A stretch of 64,000 bases of DNA from an uncultured Chloroflexia bacterium (GTDB taxonomy: Bacteria > Chloroflexota > Limnocylindria > Limnocylindrales > CSP1-4). The stretch covers positions 288,001 to 352,000 of the forward strand of contig CAVVNQ010000008.1 in NCBI GenBank assembly GCA_963749705.1. Direction: 5' to 3'. Both the position numbers and the translations under genes were made by a program. Below, piece by piece: positions 48,032 through 57,640 of this stretch. The notes beneath the pieces are model-generated. The model made no database searches and had not been told where the DNA came from. It saw only the letters and a list, made by a program, of their open reading frames with translations. The stretch's first letter is position 1. The number at the start of each line of letters is the position of its first letter.

Positions 48032-49102
48032 TCAGGCGGCCGGCGGCTCACCCGAGGTCGCGACCACCGATGCGTCGAGCACCGGAAGTCCCGGGGCACC
48101 CTGCTCGACGAGCCAGCAGGCCGCACTCTGGCCACCGCCGACATCGAGCAGCGGCGGCTCCTCGACCTTGCACCGGTCGAACGCCAGCGGACACCGCGGG
48201 TGAAACCGGCAACCCGTCGGGACGTGCGCGGCGTCGGGCGTCTCGCCCACCAGGATCGTGCGGGTCGCACGGACGCCCTCGTCGGGCGGGTCCGGCGACG
48301 GGCTGACCGAGACCAGCGCCTGCGTGTACGGATTGCGAGGCGCCTTGATGATCCGCTGCGCCGGGCCGATCTCCATGATCTTGCCCAGGTACATCACGGC
48401 GATCCGGTCGGCAAGCACCCAGGCCAGCGACAGGTCGTGGGTGATGAACAGGTAGGTCAGCCCGCGCTCCTCGCGCAGGTCGAGCATCAGGTGCAGGAGC
48501 TCGGTGCGGATCGAGACGTCGAGCATCGACACGGGCTCGTCCGCGACCACCAGCTGCGGGTCGAGCACCAGCGACCCGGCGATCACGACGCGCTGGCGCT
48601 GGCCTCCGGACAGCTCGTGCGGGTACCGGTTGGCGAAGTCCGAGGCCGGGCGCAGGCCGGATGACTCGAGCGCGGACATGACCCGCTCCTCGAGCGCCGC
48701 CCGCCCGCGCACGATCCGGTTGACCTCGAGCGGCTCGGCCACGAAGTCGCGGATCGTCTGCTTCGGGTTGAGCGTCTCGTACGGGTCCTGGAAGATCATC
48801 TGGACTCGGCGGCGATACGGCCGCAGCGCGCCGACGCCCCACAGGTCGGTGACATCCTGCCCATCGAACACGACCCGGCCGCCGGTCTGCCGGGTCAGCT
48901 TGACGATCACCCGGCCGGTCGTCGTCTTGCCGCTGCCGGACTCGCCGACCAGCGCCAGCACCTCGCCGGCACGGATCGCGATGTCGATCCCGTCGACCGC
49001 GCGGACGAACCCCCGGGGTCGACGGCGCGCCGCGTCGAGCAGGCTGCCGCGAATGGGGAAGTGGACCTCCAGCCCCTCGAGCCGGAGCAGCTCGTCGCTC
49101 AT
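48032..49102 (-). CDS. oligopeptide ABC ATP-binding protein (OppF/DppF)
   Basis: GESGSGKT, LSGGQRQR, ADEP, GCRFHPRC. Confidence 0.93.
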   Translation of the reverse strand: MSDELLRLEGLEVHFPIRGSLLDAARRRPRGFVRAVDGIDIAIRAGEVLALVGESGSGKTTTGRVIVKLTRQTGGRVVFDGQDVTDLWGVGALRPYRRRVQMIFQDPYETLNPKQTIRDFVAEPLEVNRIVRGRAALEERVMSALESSGLRPASDFANRYPHELSGGQRQRVVIAGSLVLDPQLVVADEPVSMLDVSIRTELLHLMLDLREERGLTYLFITHDLSLAWVLADRIAVMYLGKIMEIGPAQRIIKAPRNPYTQALVSVSPSPDPPDEGVRATRTILVGETPDAAHVPTGCRFHPRCPLAFDRCKVEEPPLLDVGGGQSAACWLVEQGAPGLPVLDASVVATSGEPPAA

Positions 49103-50247
49103 GAGGCAGCCTCGGCACCGGTCGCCGTCGACGGGGCTGTGGCGCGGCTCGGTTCAACGGCGGGCGTCGCCTCCGTCGGCGGGTACAGGTGGCAGGCCAC
49201 CCGGACGCCGTCGGCGAGGCGGACCTCGGGCGGCACGACCTCTGAGCACACCGCCATCGCGTGCTCGCAGCGCGGCGCGAACCGGCAGCCGGGCGGCGGG
49301 TTGCGCAGGTCCGGGATGGTGCCCGGGATCACGTCGAGGTTGCGCCGGTCGGTTCGGATGCTGGGGAACGCGGCCAGCAGCTTGCGCGTGTAGGGATGGT
49401 GCGGCTCGCGGAACACCTGTGACACGGGCCCTTCCTCGGCGACCCGGCCGGCGTACATGACCAGGACCCGGTCACACGTCTCGGCGATCACGGACAGGTC
49501 ATGGGTGATCAGCATCAGCGACAGGCCGAGGTCGCGCCGGAGGCGCTCGAGGAGCTCCAGGATCTGGGCCTGGACCATGACGTCCAGCGCGGTCGTGGGC
49601 TCGTCGCCGATGACCAGCGCGGGATCGCACGCGAGGGCCATCGCGATCATGGCGCGCTGGCGCATCCCACCCGACAGCTCGTGCGGGTAGGCGGACCCCC
49701 GCTTCTTGGGGATCCCGACCAGCTCGAGCAGCTCAGCGGCGCGCGCGAGCGACGCCTTCCGCGTCTGGCCCAGCCGGATCTCGACCGGCTCGGCGATCTG
49801 GTCGCCCACCCGCCTGACCGGGTTGAGCGCGTTCATCGCGCCCTGGAACACGATGCTGATCTCGCGCCACCGGTAGCGCAGCAGCTGGCGCTCCGTCTTG
49901 GGCACGAGATCGATCCCGAACAGCTTGACGCTGCCGGACCTGATGCGCGCATTGGGCGGCAGCAGCCGGACCAGCGACAGCGCGGTGGTGGTCTTGCCGC
50001 AGCCGGACTCTCCGGCGATACCCAGGGCCTCACCGTCGTTGACGCGGAACGAGACACCGTCCACCGCCTTGACGCTGCCGCTGGCCAGCCGGAAGTGGAC
50101 CCGCAGGTCCTCGACCTCGAGCAGCGGGGCGTCGGGATCGGCCTGCCTGGGCAGCGGCCACTGGCGCCGCTCGCGCAGCGGGACGAGGCGGGCGGCGGCC
50201 TCGCCCGGATCGGTGGCCTCGGGGCGCGGGGCGATCAGATCGGTCAC
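49099..50247 (-). CDS. oligopeptide ABC ATP-binding protein (OppD/DppD)
   Basis: GESGCGKT, LSGGMRQR, DEPTTALD, GCRFAPRC. Confidence 0.93.
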   Translation of the reverse strand: MTDLIAPRPEATDPGEAAARLVPLRERRQWPLPRQADPDAPLLEVEDLRVHFRLASGSVKAVDGVSFRVNDGEALGIAGESGCGKTTTALSLVRLLPPNARIRSGSVKLFGIDLVPKTERQLLRYRWREISIVFQGAMNALNPVRRVGDQIAEPVEIRLGQTRKASLARAAELLELVGIPKKRGSAYPHELSGGMRQRAMIAMALACDPALVIGDEPTTALDVMVQAQILELLERLRRDLGLSLMLITHDLSVIAETCDRVLVMYAGRVAEEGPVSQVFREPHHPYTRKLLAAFPSIRTDRRNLDVIPGTIPDLRNPPPGCRFAPRCEHAMAVCSEVVPPEVRLADGVRVACHLYPPTEATPAVEPSRATAPSTATGAEAAS

Positions 50248-51194
50248 TGGCGGGTCCGCAGCTTCGGGTTGAGGACGTCGTCGAGGGCGTTGCCGAGCAA
50301 CGTGAACGCGAGCACGACGAGGATGATCGAGACCGCCGGCGGGGCGAGATACCACCAGGCGCCCAGCCCGGGCGCCCCGGCGCCCTGCGCGGCGTTGAGG
50401 ATCTGGCCCCACGACGGCTGGAACGGATCGCCGAGCCCGATGAACGAGAGCGTGGTCTCGGTCAGGACGGCACCGGCGAACGTGAGCACGGCATTGGCCA
50501 CGATCAGGCTCATCACGTTGGGCAGGATGTGCCGCCACATGATGTGGGCCTGGCTGCTGCCGATGACCCGCGCCCGATCGACGAACGCCCGCTCGCGCAG
50601 GGACAGCGTCTGGCTGCGGATGATCCGCGCGGTCGAGGCCCAGCTGGTGATCCCGATCACGACCACGATCACGACCAGCGTCATGCGCATGCCCAGGAAC
50701 TCCGCCTGGGCGCCGATGACATCGAGCAGGACCGGCGCCAGGATGAGCGCGAGCACGAACGTCGGCAGCACCAGGAAGAAGTCCGAGATGCGCATCAGGA
50801 TCGTGTCCGTCACCCCACCGACGAACCCGGCGACGATGCCGATCACGGCGCCGATGAGGACCGTGATCAGGGTCGCCAGCAGGCCGATCGCCATGGATGT
50901 CCGCGTCCCGTGGATCGTCAGGTTGAGCACGTCGCGACCGAGCGCGTCGGTCCCGAACAGGTGCGCGGCATCCGGGGCCGCAAGGCGCCCCCCGCTCGCG
51001 GTCACCGCGGTCTCGAGCGGGCCCACCAGCAGCTGGGGTGCGAGCGCGAGCACCGTGAAGAACGCGAGGATCAGCACGCCCAGCACGCCGTCGCGGCGGG
51101 CCACGAAGCGGACGGCGAACGATCGCAGGTTGCGCATCGGCGGACCCACCCCGCCGGCCCGCCCATCCATGAGGGTGGTGACCTCGGCGCTCAT
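50244..51194 (-). CDS. oligopeptide ABC permease (OppC/DppC)
   Basis: FGTD.LGRD, HILPN, LSFIGLG, SWG, DVLNP. Confidence 0.93.
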   Translation of the reverse strand: MSAEVTTLMDGRAGGVGPPMRNLRSFAVRFVARRDGVLGVLILAFFTVLALAPQLLVGPLETAVTASGGRLAAPDAAHLFGTDALGRDVLNLTIHGTRTSMAIGLLATLITVLIGAVIGIVAGFVGGVTDTILMRISDFFLVLPTFVLALILAPVLLDVIGAQAEFLGMRMTLVVIVVVIGITSWASTARIIRSQTLSLRERAFVDRARVIGSSQAHIMWRHILPNVMSLIVANAVLTFAGAVLTETTLSFIGLGDPFQPSWGQILNAAQGAGAPGLGAWWYLAPPAVSIILVVLAFTLLGNALDDVLNPKLRTRQ

Positions 51195-52165
51195 GCCCGC
51201 ACCCGCGGATCGAGCAGGCCGTAGACGAGATCGGCGGCCAGGTTGGCAAGCACGACCGAGACGGCCAGGAGCAGGAACACGCCCTGGAGGACCGGGTAGT
51301 CGCGAGCGGACAGCGCGTCGACGGTGAGCGTTCCCAGCCCGGGCCAGTTGAACACGATCTCCGCGGTGATCGCGCCCGCGATCACGTATCCCAGCTGGAG
51401 GGCCACGATCGTGACCGCGGGCAGCAGCGCGTTGGGCAGCGCATGGACGCGCAGGACGCGCCCGTCACGCAGGCCCTTGGCGCGGGCGGTCTGGACATAG
51501 TCCTCGGCCAGGGTCTCGATGATCGACGACCGCATCAGGATCGAGTACAGCCCGATCAGCCCGAACGAGACCGTCACGAGGGGCAGGAACAGGTGGCTGC
51601 CGAAGTCCCACAGCCGGTCGAATACCGAGTTGTAGGTCGCGCCGACCGTCAGCATCCCGTTGGTCGGGAACCAGTGCAGGCCGGTCGCAAAGATGACCAG
51701 CAGGAACATGCCCAGCACGAAATAGGGCGTCGAATACAGGACGAGCGAGACCCCGTTCCCGACATAGTCCACCGATCCCCCGCGTCTCCAGCCCGCGTAC
51801 GCGCCGAGCCCCAGCCCCAGGACCACGGCGATGACCTCGCCCGTCCCGAACAGGATGATCGTCGGCCACACGCGGTCGCCGAGGACCTCGGTGACGGGCT
51901 CGCCGCGGTACTTGAACGAGAGGCCCAGGTCGCCCTGGACCGTGGACTCGACGTAGGCGATGAACTGGTCCGGGATCAGCGGCTTGTCGAGGCCCCACTT
52001 CGCCTTGAGGGCCGCCTTGGTCTCGGCCGAGATGTTGGGGTTGCGAGTGAGGATCCGCTCCGGTGACCCGGGCATCAGCCGGAACAGGAAGAAGTTGAGG
52101 ACGAGGATGAACAGGATCGTCAGGGTCGCCTGCAGGATGCGACGTCCGAGATACCTGGTGCCCAC
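51191..52165 (-). CDS. oligopeptide ABC permease (OppB/DppB)
   Basis: GLDKP, GDLG.S, DYV.TARAKG, F.WPGLG, RDYPVLQG, LDPRVR. Confidence 0.93.
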   Translation of the reverse strand: MGTRYLGRRILQATLTILFILVLNFFLFRLMPGSPERILTRNPNISAETKAALKAKWGLDKPLIPDQFIAYVESTVQGDLGLSFKYRGEPVTEVLGDRVWPTIILFGTGEVIAVVLGLGLGAYAGWRRGGSVDYVGNGVSLVLYSTPYFVLGMFLLVIFATGLHWFPTNGMLTVGATYNSVFDRLWDFGSHLFLPLVTVSFGLIGLYSILMRSSIIETLAEDYVQTARAKGLRDGRVLRVHALPNALLPAVTIVALQLGYVIAGAITAEIVFNWPGLGTLTVDALSARDYPVLQGVFLLLAVSVVLANLAADLVYGLLDPRVRA

Positions 52166-52265
52166 GCCTCGCCCTCTCTAGGGGTGGATGCCGGCCGGGA
52201 CCGGTCGGCTGGCGGAGACGCGGTCGCGCTCCGCCAGCATCGGGTCAGCCCGGGGTTGCCGGTGC

Positions 52266-54179
52266 CTACTCCTCCTCGATCGTTGGACGGCGCCGGCGCG
52301 CAAGGACGAGGCCTCCGGCGACGATCACCACCACGAGGACGACAGCCCCGATGAGCAGGGTGTTGTCGCCACCACCCGAGGCAGGCGTGCCCGAATCCGC
52401 GCTGGGCGCCGGGGTGGCTGCCTGGGATGACACGGCGTCCGGGCTCGAGGCGCTCGGGCTTGCCTCGGCGCCGGCCACCGTGAGCACGGTGTAGCCGAAC
52501 GAGCCATAGCCGAACAGCGGCGTGCCGTTCTCCGCAGGCTGGAGCTGCCAGCCCGAGAACTTGTCGGTCCGCCACGCATCGAGGTTGGCGTCATAGAACA
52601 GGATGTGGTACGGGGCCTCGTTGTAGATGAGGTCCTGCATCTGGTCCATGTAGCCCTTCCGCTCCTCGTACGAGGTGGCGGCGTTCTGCTTCTGGAACAG
52701 GTCGTCGTAGGTCGGGTTGCAGTACAGGCTGTCGGACGAGCCACCGATCTGGTCGCAGGTGAAGATCTCGAGCAGGGAGTTGGGATCGACGTCCCCGCCC
52801 CAGCCCCAGATGAACATGTCGTAGGTGGCCGTGTACTGACCCGGGTCGCCCGCCTCGGGCGGGAGCATCTTGTCGATCAGGGTGTCCGAGTCGAACTGCG
52901 CCGGCGTGACGGTGATGCCCAGCTCCTTGAACCAGGCCTGGATGAACTGCGCCGACTGCGGGTAGGTGCTCTCGGTGTCCGGGAACACGAGGCTCAGGCT
53001 GATCGGCTTGCCTTCCTTGTCGAGGCGGTTGCCCGAGCCGTCGAGCTTGTAGCCCGCCGTATCGAGCTTCTGCTTGGCGAGCTCGATGTCGAAGGTTCGC
53101 GGCGTGGCCGGTTCCTTGTGCCAGCGGGTCTGGAACGGGGGAACCTCGGTCGTTCCGGGGTCGCCGTAGCCGCCGAGCACCTTCTCGACGAGCAGGTTCT
53201 TGTCGATCGCATAGCCCAGGGCGTCGCGGAACGCCGCGTCCTGGAGGGCCTTCGTCGACGGACCGCCGTCCTTGATCGTGTTCCCCGTGCCGGTCCCGTA
53301 GGTGTTGAACCCGAGCTCGGTGTAGCCGTTGGCGGTTCCGTCGTTCTGCTCGATGTTGGGCTGGCCCTTGAGGGCATCGAACTGGTCGGCGTTGACGCCG
53401 TGCGCGTAGTCCAGCTCACCCGAGCGCAGGGCCTGGGTCATCGTGTCCGAGCTCTTGAAGATCTGGAGCACGACCTGGTCCGCGGCGAGCGGGCTGCCCT
53501 GCCAGTTCGGGTTCTTGGTGAAGTTGACGAACTGGCCGGTCTGCCACTGCTGCGCCTGGTACGGGCCGGTGCCCACCACCGGCGGCTCGTTCTGGAAGTC
53601 GCAGATCGTGTCGATCGTCTGGGTGCCCCAGATGTGCTTGGGCAGGATCGGCACGTAGGCCTGCAGGATCCGCTCGTCCGGCCGGTCGAGGGTCAGCACG
53701 ACCGTCTGGGGGTCGGGCGCCGTCACGGAGTTCAGGCTGGCGTTGATGAGGTACGGATCCAGGTAGCCGAGACAGGTCGCCCCGGCGTCGGTGTTGGCCG
53801 CGTCGAGGATGAACTGGTAGGTCCAGACCACGTCATCGGCCGTTGCCGGCGTCCCATCCGACCATTTCTTGTCCGGGTTGATCTTGAACGTGTACGTCAG
53901 CCCGTCGTCGGACTTGGTCCACGAGTCGGCGAACTCGGGCTTCGGCTCGAGGTTGCCGTCGAAGCCCAGCAGCAGCTGGTAGTTGAGGGTGAACGCCTCA
54001 AACCCGACGACCAGCGCCGTCTGGAACGGGTTCATCGAATCGAGGTCCTGGGTCGTGCCGACGCGCAGGACAAGGGGATCCGCAGCCGCGGCCGGCGCAG
54101 CCGCGGGCAGCAGCACCGACAGGGCCAGGAACAGGGCGGCTGCAGAGCGTGCCATGCGAAGGCGCGCAGAGGTTTGCAT
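52266..54179 (-). CDS. family 5 substrate-binding protein (OppA/DppA) with C-terminal TM anchor
   Basis: KWSDG.P.TADDV, VGTGPY, FR.AL.YAIDK; Sec signal and a C-terminal hydrophobic helix followed by RRRR. Confidence 0.92.
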   Translation of the reverse strand: MQTSARLRMARSAAALFLALSVLLPAAAPAAAADPLVLRVGTTQDLDSMNPFQTALVVGFEAFTLNYQLLLGFDGNLEPKPEFADSWTKSDDGLTYTFKINPDKKWSDGTPATADDVVWTYQFILDAANTDAGATCLGYLDPYLINASLNSVTAPDPQTVVLTLDRPDERILQAYVPILPKHIWGTQTIDTICDFQNEPPVVGTGPYQAQQWQTGQFVNFTKNPNWQGSPLAADQVVLQIFKSSDTMTQALRSGELDYAHGVNADQFDALKGQPNIEQNDGTANGYTELGFNTYGTGTGNTIKDGGPSTKALQDAAFRDALGYAIDKNLLVEKVLGGYGDPGTTEVPPFQTRWHKEPATPRTFDIELAKQKLDTAGYKLDGSGNRLDKEGKPISLSLVFPDTESTYPQSAQFIQAWFKELGITVTPAQFDSDTLIDKMLPPEAGDPGQYTATYDMFIWGWGGDVDPNSLLEIFTCDQIGGSSDSLYCNPTYDDLFQKQNAATSYEERKGYMDQMQDLIYNEAPYHILFYDANLDAWRTDKFSGWQLQPAENGTPLFGYGSFGYTVLTVAGAEASPSASSPDAVSSQAATPAPSADSGTPASGGGDNTLLIGAVVLVVVIVAGGLVLARRRRPTIEEE

Positions 54180-54184
54180 GCTGG

Positions 54185-54299
54185 GTCTCCTCCTCCAGTT
54201 CTCGACCTGTTGACGCTGCGGACACGGGTCGAGGGCGCCGGACGCGCCCGACGGTGTGCTGGAGGGTTGCACAGTGAATAGGGCGTATGCAACTTCCAG
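54185..54299 (-). promoter_or_regulatory. structured 5' leader of oppA, candidate cis-regulatory RNA
   Basis: 7-bp stem 54259-65/54192-98 closing two hairpins and covering the SD; alternative stem 54259-71/54288-99. Confidence 0.45.
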
Positions 54300-54361
54300 T
54301 TGGCACGGACCACGGCACGGGACGGCCCCCTACCCCGCGCGCAGGCCCTGACGCGTCCCGA

Positions 54362-55552
54362 TCAGATGATGAACGTCCGTACCGGTCCGGGTTCGCGCAG
54401 CACCGGGCGATCCATCCGGAAGCCGGCAATCTCGGGCGCCGACGGGGTCGCGCCGTCGACCACGAGCTCGGCCAGGATCCGGCCCAGGACCGATGCGAAC
54501 TTGAACGCATGCGCGGAGCCGAGCACGACGTGCACGGCCGCATGACCGGGCACCGCGTCGACCACGAAGTCGCGATCCGGGGTCAGCGTGTACAGGCAGG
54601 TCTTGGTCAGGAACGGCTCCACCGCCATGCCCGGCAGCCGGGCGGCCAGGAAGGCCATCACGCGGCCGTGCGCGTCCTCGTCGCGCTCGAAGGTGCGGGT
54701 CGCGTTGGTGACCTCGCGCCCGCCGACGTCCTGGCCGATCTTCGGCCCCGGGTGACCGTGCGTGGGGAATCCGTAGAACGACGGCTCGTCCATCCAGATC
54801 CAGATCGGGAACCGCTGCGGGGAGAACAGGCCCGGATCCGCGCGCGGCGTGAACCAGCTGACCTGCTCCTGGGTGATGGTGAGCGGCAGGGACACGCCCA
54901 GCGGTTCCAGCAGGTCGTTGGTCCACGAATCGGCCGCGATCACCACCCGGCCCGCGGTGATCCGCTCGCCGCCCTCGAGGACCAGGGTCAGCTCGCCGCC
55001 CAGGTCCTCGATCCTGGCCACCGGCGACCGGTCGCGCAGCACAGCCCCCTGGGCGGTTGCCAGCGTGCGGTGGGCGACGTTGCCGCGCGACGGGTCGGCG
55101 AGCCCGGCGTCCGGCTGGAACAGGCCGACGTGGCGCTCGTCCAGGCGCCAGGCCGGATGACGGCGCATGATCTCGGCCGCGTCGAGGTCCTCGAACGGGA
55201 CGCCTTCAGCGGACATCGCCCGGCGGTACTCGGCGATGTCGATGGCCACGTCCTGGCCCGCCTGCCGCGGCCCGATGTCGAGCCCGCCGGTCCGAAACAC
55301 GATCTGCGTCCCGCTGGCACGCTCGACCTCGGCCCAGCTCTCGTAGGCGCGTCTCGCGAGCCGGATGTAGTCGCCCCGGTGGTACGACAGCCGGATGATC
55401 CGGCTGACGTCCTCGGACGCGCCCAGCGAGTGCCCGATCTGGTACCGCTCGAGCCCCAGCACGCGGACGCCGGGACGTCCGGACAGCCAGTACGCCGCCG
55501 CCGAGCCGAGCGCGCCCAGGCCGACGACGACGACATCCCAGTCGCGCCTCAC
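54362..55552 (-). CDS. solA: monomeric sarcosine oxidase / N-methyl-L-tryptophan oxidase family
   Basis: VVGLGALGSAAAY, SRIIR, CLYT.TPD.DF, H.FKF. Confidence 0.88.
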   Translation of the reverse strand: MRRDWDVVVVGLGALGSAAAYWLSGRPGVRVLGLERYQIGHSLGASEDVSRIIRLSYHRGDYIRLARRAYESWAEVERASGTQIVFRTGGLDIGPRQAGQDVAIDIAEYRRAMSAEGVPFEDLDAAEIMRRHPAWRLDERHVGLFQPDAGLADPSRGNVAHRTLATAQGAVLRDRSPVARIEDLGGELTLVLEGGERITAGRVVIAADSWTNDLLEPLGVSLPLTITQEQVSWFTPRADPGLFSPQRFPIWIWMDEPSFYGFPTHGHPGPKIGQDVGGREVTNATRTFERDEDAHGRVMAFLAARLPGMAVEPFLTKTCLYTLTPDRDFVVDAVPGHAAVHVVLGSAHAFKFASVLGRILAELVVDGATPSAPEIAGFRMDRPVLREPGPVRTFII

Positions 55553-56772
55553 CCGCGGCCGCCCCCGTCCGGCGCGTGCCGCGGAGCCGGCGTCGCAACC
55601 GCATCCTCGCCAAGCCTCGCCGCCAGGTAGCGACGGATGTCCAGGCTCATGTCCTCCATCGGCGCGTACCAGCCGGACTCGAACCGGCGCGAGGTCATGC
55701 CGTCCTGCACGCCTTCGCACACGGCCCAGTCCTGGCGATTGACGAGGTCCCAGAAGTCGACGGCGTCCGAGGGGTCGAATCCCGGCCGGGCGACCTCGTC
55801 GGGGTGGAACAGGAAGTCGACCACGACCAGCGTCCGATCCGGGGCACGGGGAACGAGCATGAACGACGCGACGTGGTCGGCCGACAGGCTGAGCATCAGG
55901 TTCGGGTACACCAGCTCGCCCTTGTGGCGCACCCGCTCGCTCGCATCCAGCCCGGGGAACGGCTCGCGGTTGCTCGTCCCGCTGAGGGTGAACGTGAACG
56001 TGCCGTCCGCCTGGGGCACGCCGGCGTCCCAGTCGAGGTTGGCGCCGCCGCGATCCCTGAACGCGGGCACGATCCGGCACAGCTCGGGATGCACGCCCGC
56101 GCAGTGATAGCACTCGTTGTAGTTCTCGACGATGACCTTCCAGTTGGCACGCACGTCGTACACGATCCGCCGCACGGCTCGGAGGTCGGCCAGCGGGTAG
56201 CGCGCGATCCGCCCGGGGATCTCGCCCAGCTGGGTTGCCAGCGTGTGTCCCGCCGCAACGCGCTCCGGCGACAGGTTGACGAACAGCCAGCCGCCCCAGT
56301 CATCGATCGCCACCGGGTGGAGGCCGAACGCATCTGGTTCGAAGGCGTCCGACTCGCCCAGGAACGGTGCGTTGCGGACGCGCCCGTCGAGCTCATAGCA
56401 CCACGAGTGGTAGCTGCAGCGGATGATCCCCTTGAACGTGCCCGATGGTCCGGGCGCCTCGCCGCTGGCCGGATCGGGGCGCTGGTCGGCGGTCGTGAGC
56501 CGCGAGCCCCGGTGACGGCACAGGTCGTAGTGGGCGCGGAGCGTGCCGGCACGGTCGCGGACCACGATCACGCGCTCGCCGGCGACGTCGAAGGCCAGGA
56601 AGTCGCCCGCGCCTGGGAGCTGCTCGACCCGGCCGACCGCCACCCACTCGGACCACCAGATCGCGTCGCGTTCCAGGTCCAGGAACTCCGGGGTGACGTA
56701 CGCGGCGCCGGGCAGCGAGGCCTCGAACGCGCCGCGCGCCATCCGGTTCAGGGTGTCGGGCTCGACGGACAC
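55549..56772 (-). CDS. Rieske non-heme iron oxygenase alpha subunit (GbcA/CntA-like group)
   Basis: CRHRG and CSYH Rieske ligands; ANWK...ENYNECYHC..VH and QD...CE..Q mononuclear site. Confidence 0.92.
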   Translation of the reverse strand: MSVEPDTLNRMARGAFEASLPGAAYVTPEFLDLERDAIWWSEWVAVGRVEQLPGAGDFLAFDVAGERVIVVRDRAGTLRAHYDLCRHRGSRLTTADQRPDPASGEAPGPSGTFKGIIRCSYHSWCYELDGRVRNAPFLGESDAFEPDAFGLHPVAIDDWGGWLFVNLSPERVAAGHTLATQLGEIPGRIARYPLADLRAVRRIVYDVRANWKVIVENYNECYHCAGVHPELCRIVPAFRDRGGANLDWDAGVPQADGTFTFTLSGTSNREPFPGLDASERVRHKGELVYPNLMLSLSADHVASFMLVPRAPDRTLVVVDFLFHPDEVARPGFDPSDAVDFWDLVNRQDWAVCEGVQDGMTSRRFESGWYAPMEDMSLDIRRYLAARLGEDAVATPAPRHAPDGGGRG

Positions 56773-56925
56773 GGGACCACCTCGATCGTCGGGAACGCTG
56801 GCCGCGCAATGCTACGGCGCCGCGGGCGTGTCGCGGATGGCCCGTTGCGGGGCGTGGCCGCCTCCCCAGTGGCCTCGGGCCGGCCGATGTCCGACGCCGG
56901 TGGGCGCCTGGTCACTTGGCCCGGG

Positions 56926-57579
56926 TCAGGCGCCGCGGACCTCGAGCGCGTACCGGCAGACGCCCGCGATCGTGATCAGGTCGTGGATCTCGCCCGCATC
57001 GATCTCCGCGATGACCTCGTCCAGGGTCGCCCACCGGATCGCGAGATCCTCGGTCCCGTCCGGCGTCGCCGCCCCCGCGTGGAGGCCGGTCGCGACGAAG
57101 ATCGCGCCGCGCTCGTCGGTGACCGAGTTGGACACCGTGATGCGACACAGCTGGCGCCACCGGTCGGCCTCGTAGCCGGTCTCCTCGCGCAGCTCGCGTC
57201 GTGCGCCGGCCTCGAGCGCCTCGCCCGCCCCGACGCCGCCTTCGGGGATCTCCCAGCTGTACTCGTCGAGCGCGTAGCGGTGCTGGCCGACCAGGAGCAG
57301 CCGCCCGGCGTCATCGGTCGCGACCACGCCCACGGCCGCGCTCAGGAAGTGGACGACGCCGTAGATGCCGGCGCTGCCGTCGGGACGATCCACCTCGTCA
57401 TGGAACAGCTCGATCCACGGGTTCGAATACGCTCGCTCCCGCGATCGTCGCCGCCACGGGCCTACCACCTGCGGGGCCGCGTCGCCGGGCCCGGCGGCCG
57501 GCGCGGGCTCGGTCGGCGCGGGCTCGGCCGTCGGCGCCGGCTCGACGGCTGGTCGCTGCGCGTGGTCGTCGTGCGTCAC
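56926..57579 (-). CDS. NUDIX hydrolase (ADP-ribose pyrophosphatase-like)
   Basis: Q.RY, WEIPEGG, ARRELREETG Nudix box. Confidence 0.9.
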   Translation of the reverse strand: MTHDDHAQRPAVEPAPTAEPAPTEPAPAAGPGDAAPQVVGPWRRRSRERAYSNPWIELFHDEVDRPDGSAGIYGVVHFLSAAVGVVATDDAGRLLLVGQHRYALDEYSWEIPEGGVGAGEALEAGARRELREETGYEADRWRQLCRITVSNSVTDERGAIFVATGLHAGAATPDGTEDLAIRWATLDEVIAEIDAGEIHDLITIAGVCRYALEVRGA

Positions 57580-57640
57580 CCGCACACGGTAGCGGTTGGT
57601 GGCAGGCACACGCCGGGACGCCGCCGGTATCCTGCCCGCG

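Noticed and set aside
54300-54320. Sigma-54 promoter (TTGGCACG)
   Set aside because: No TTGC at -12, and it points away from oppA
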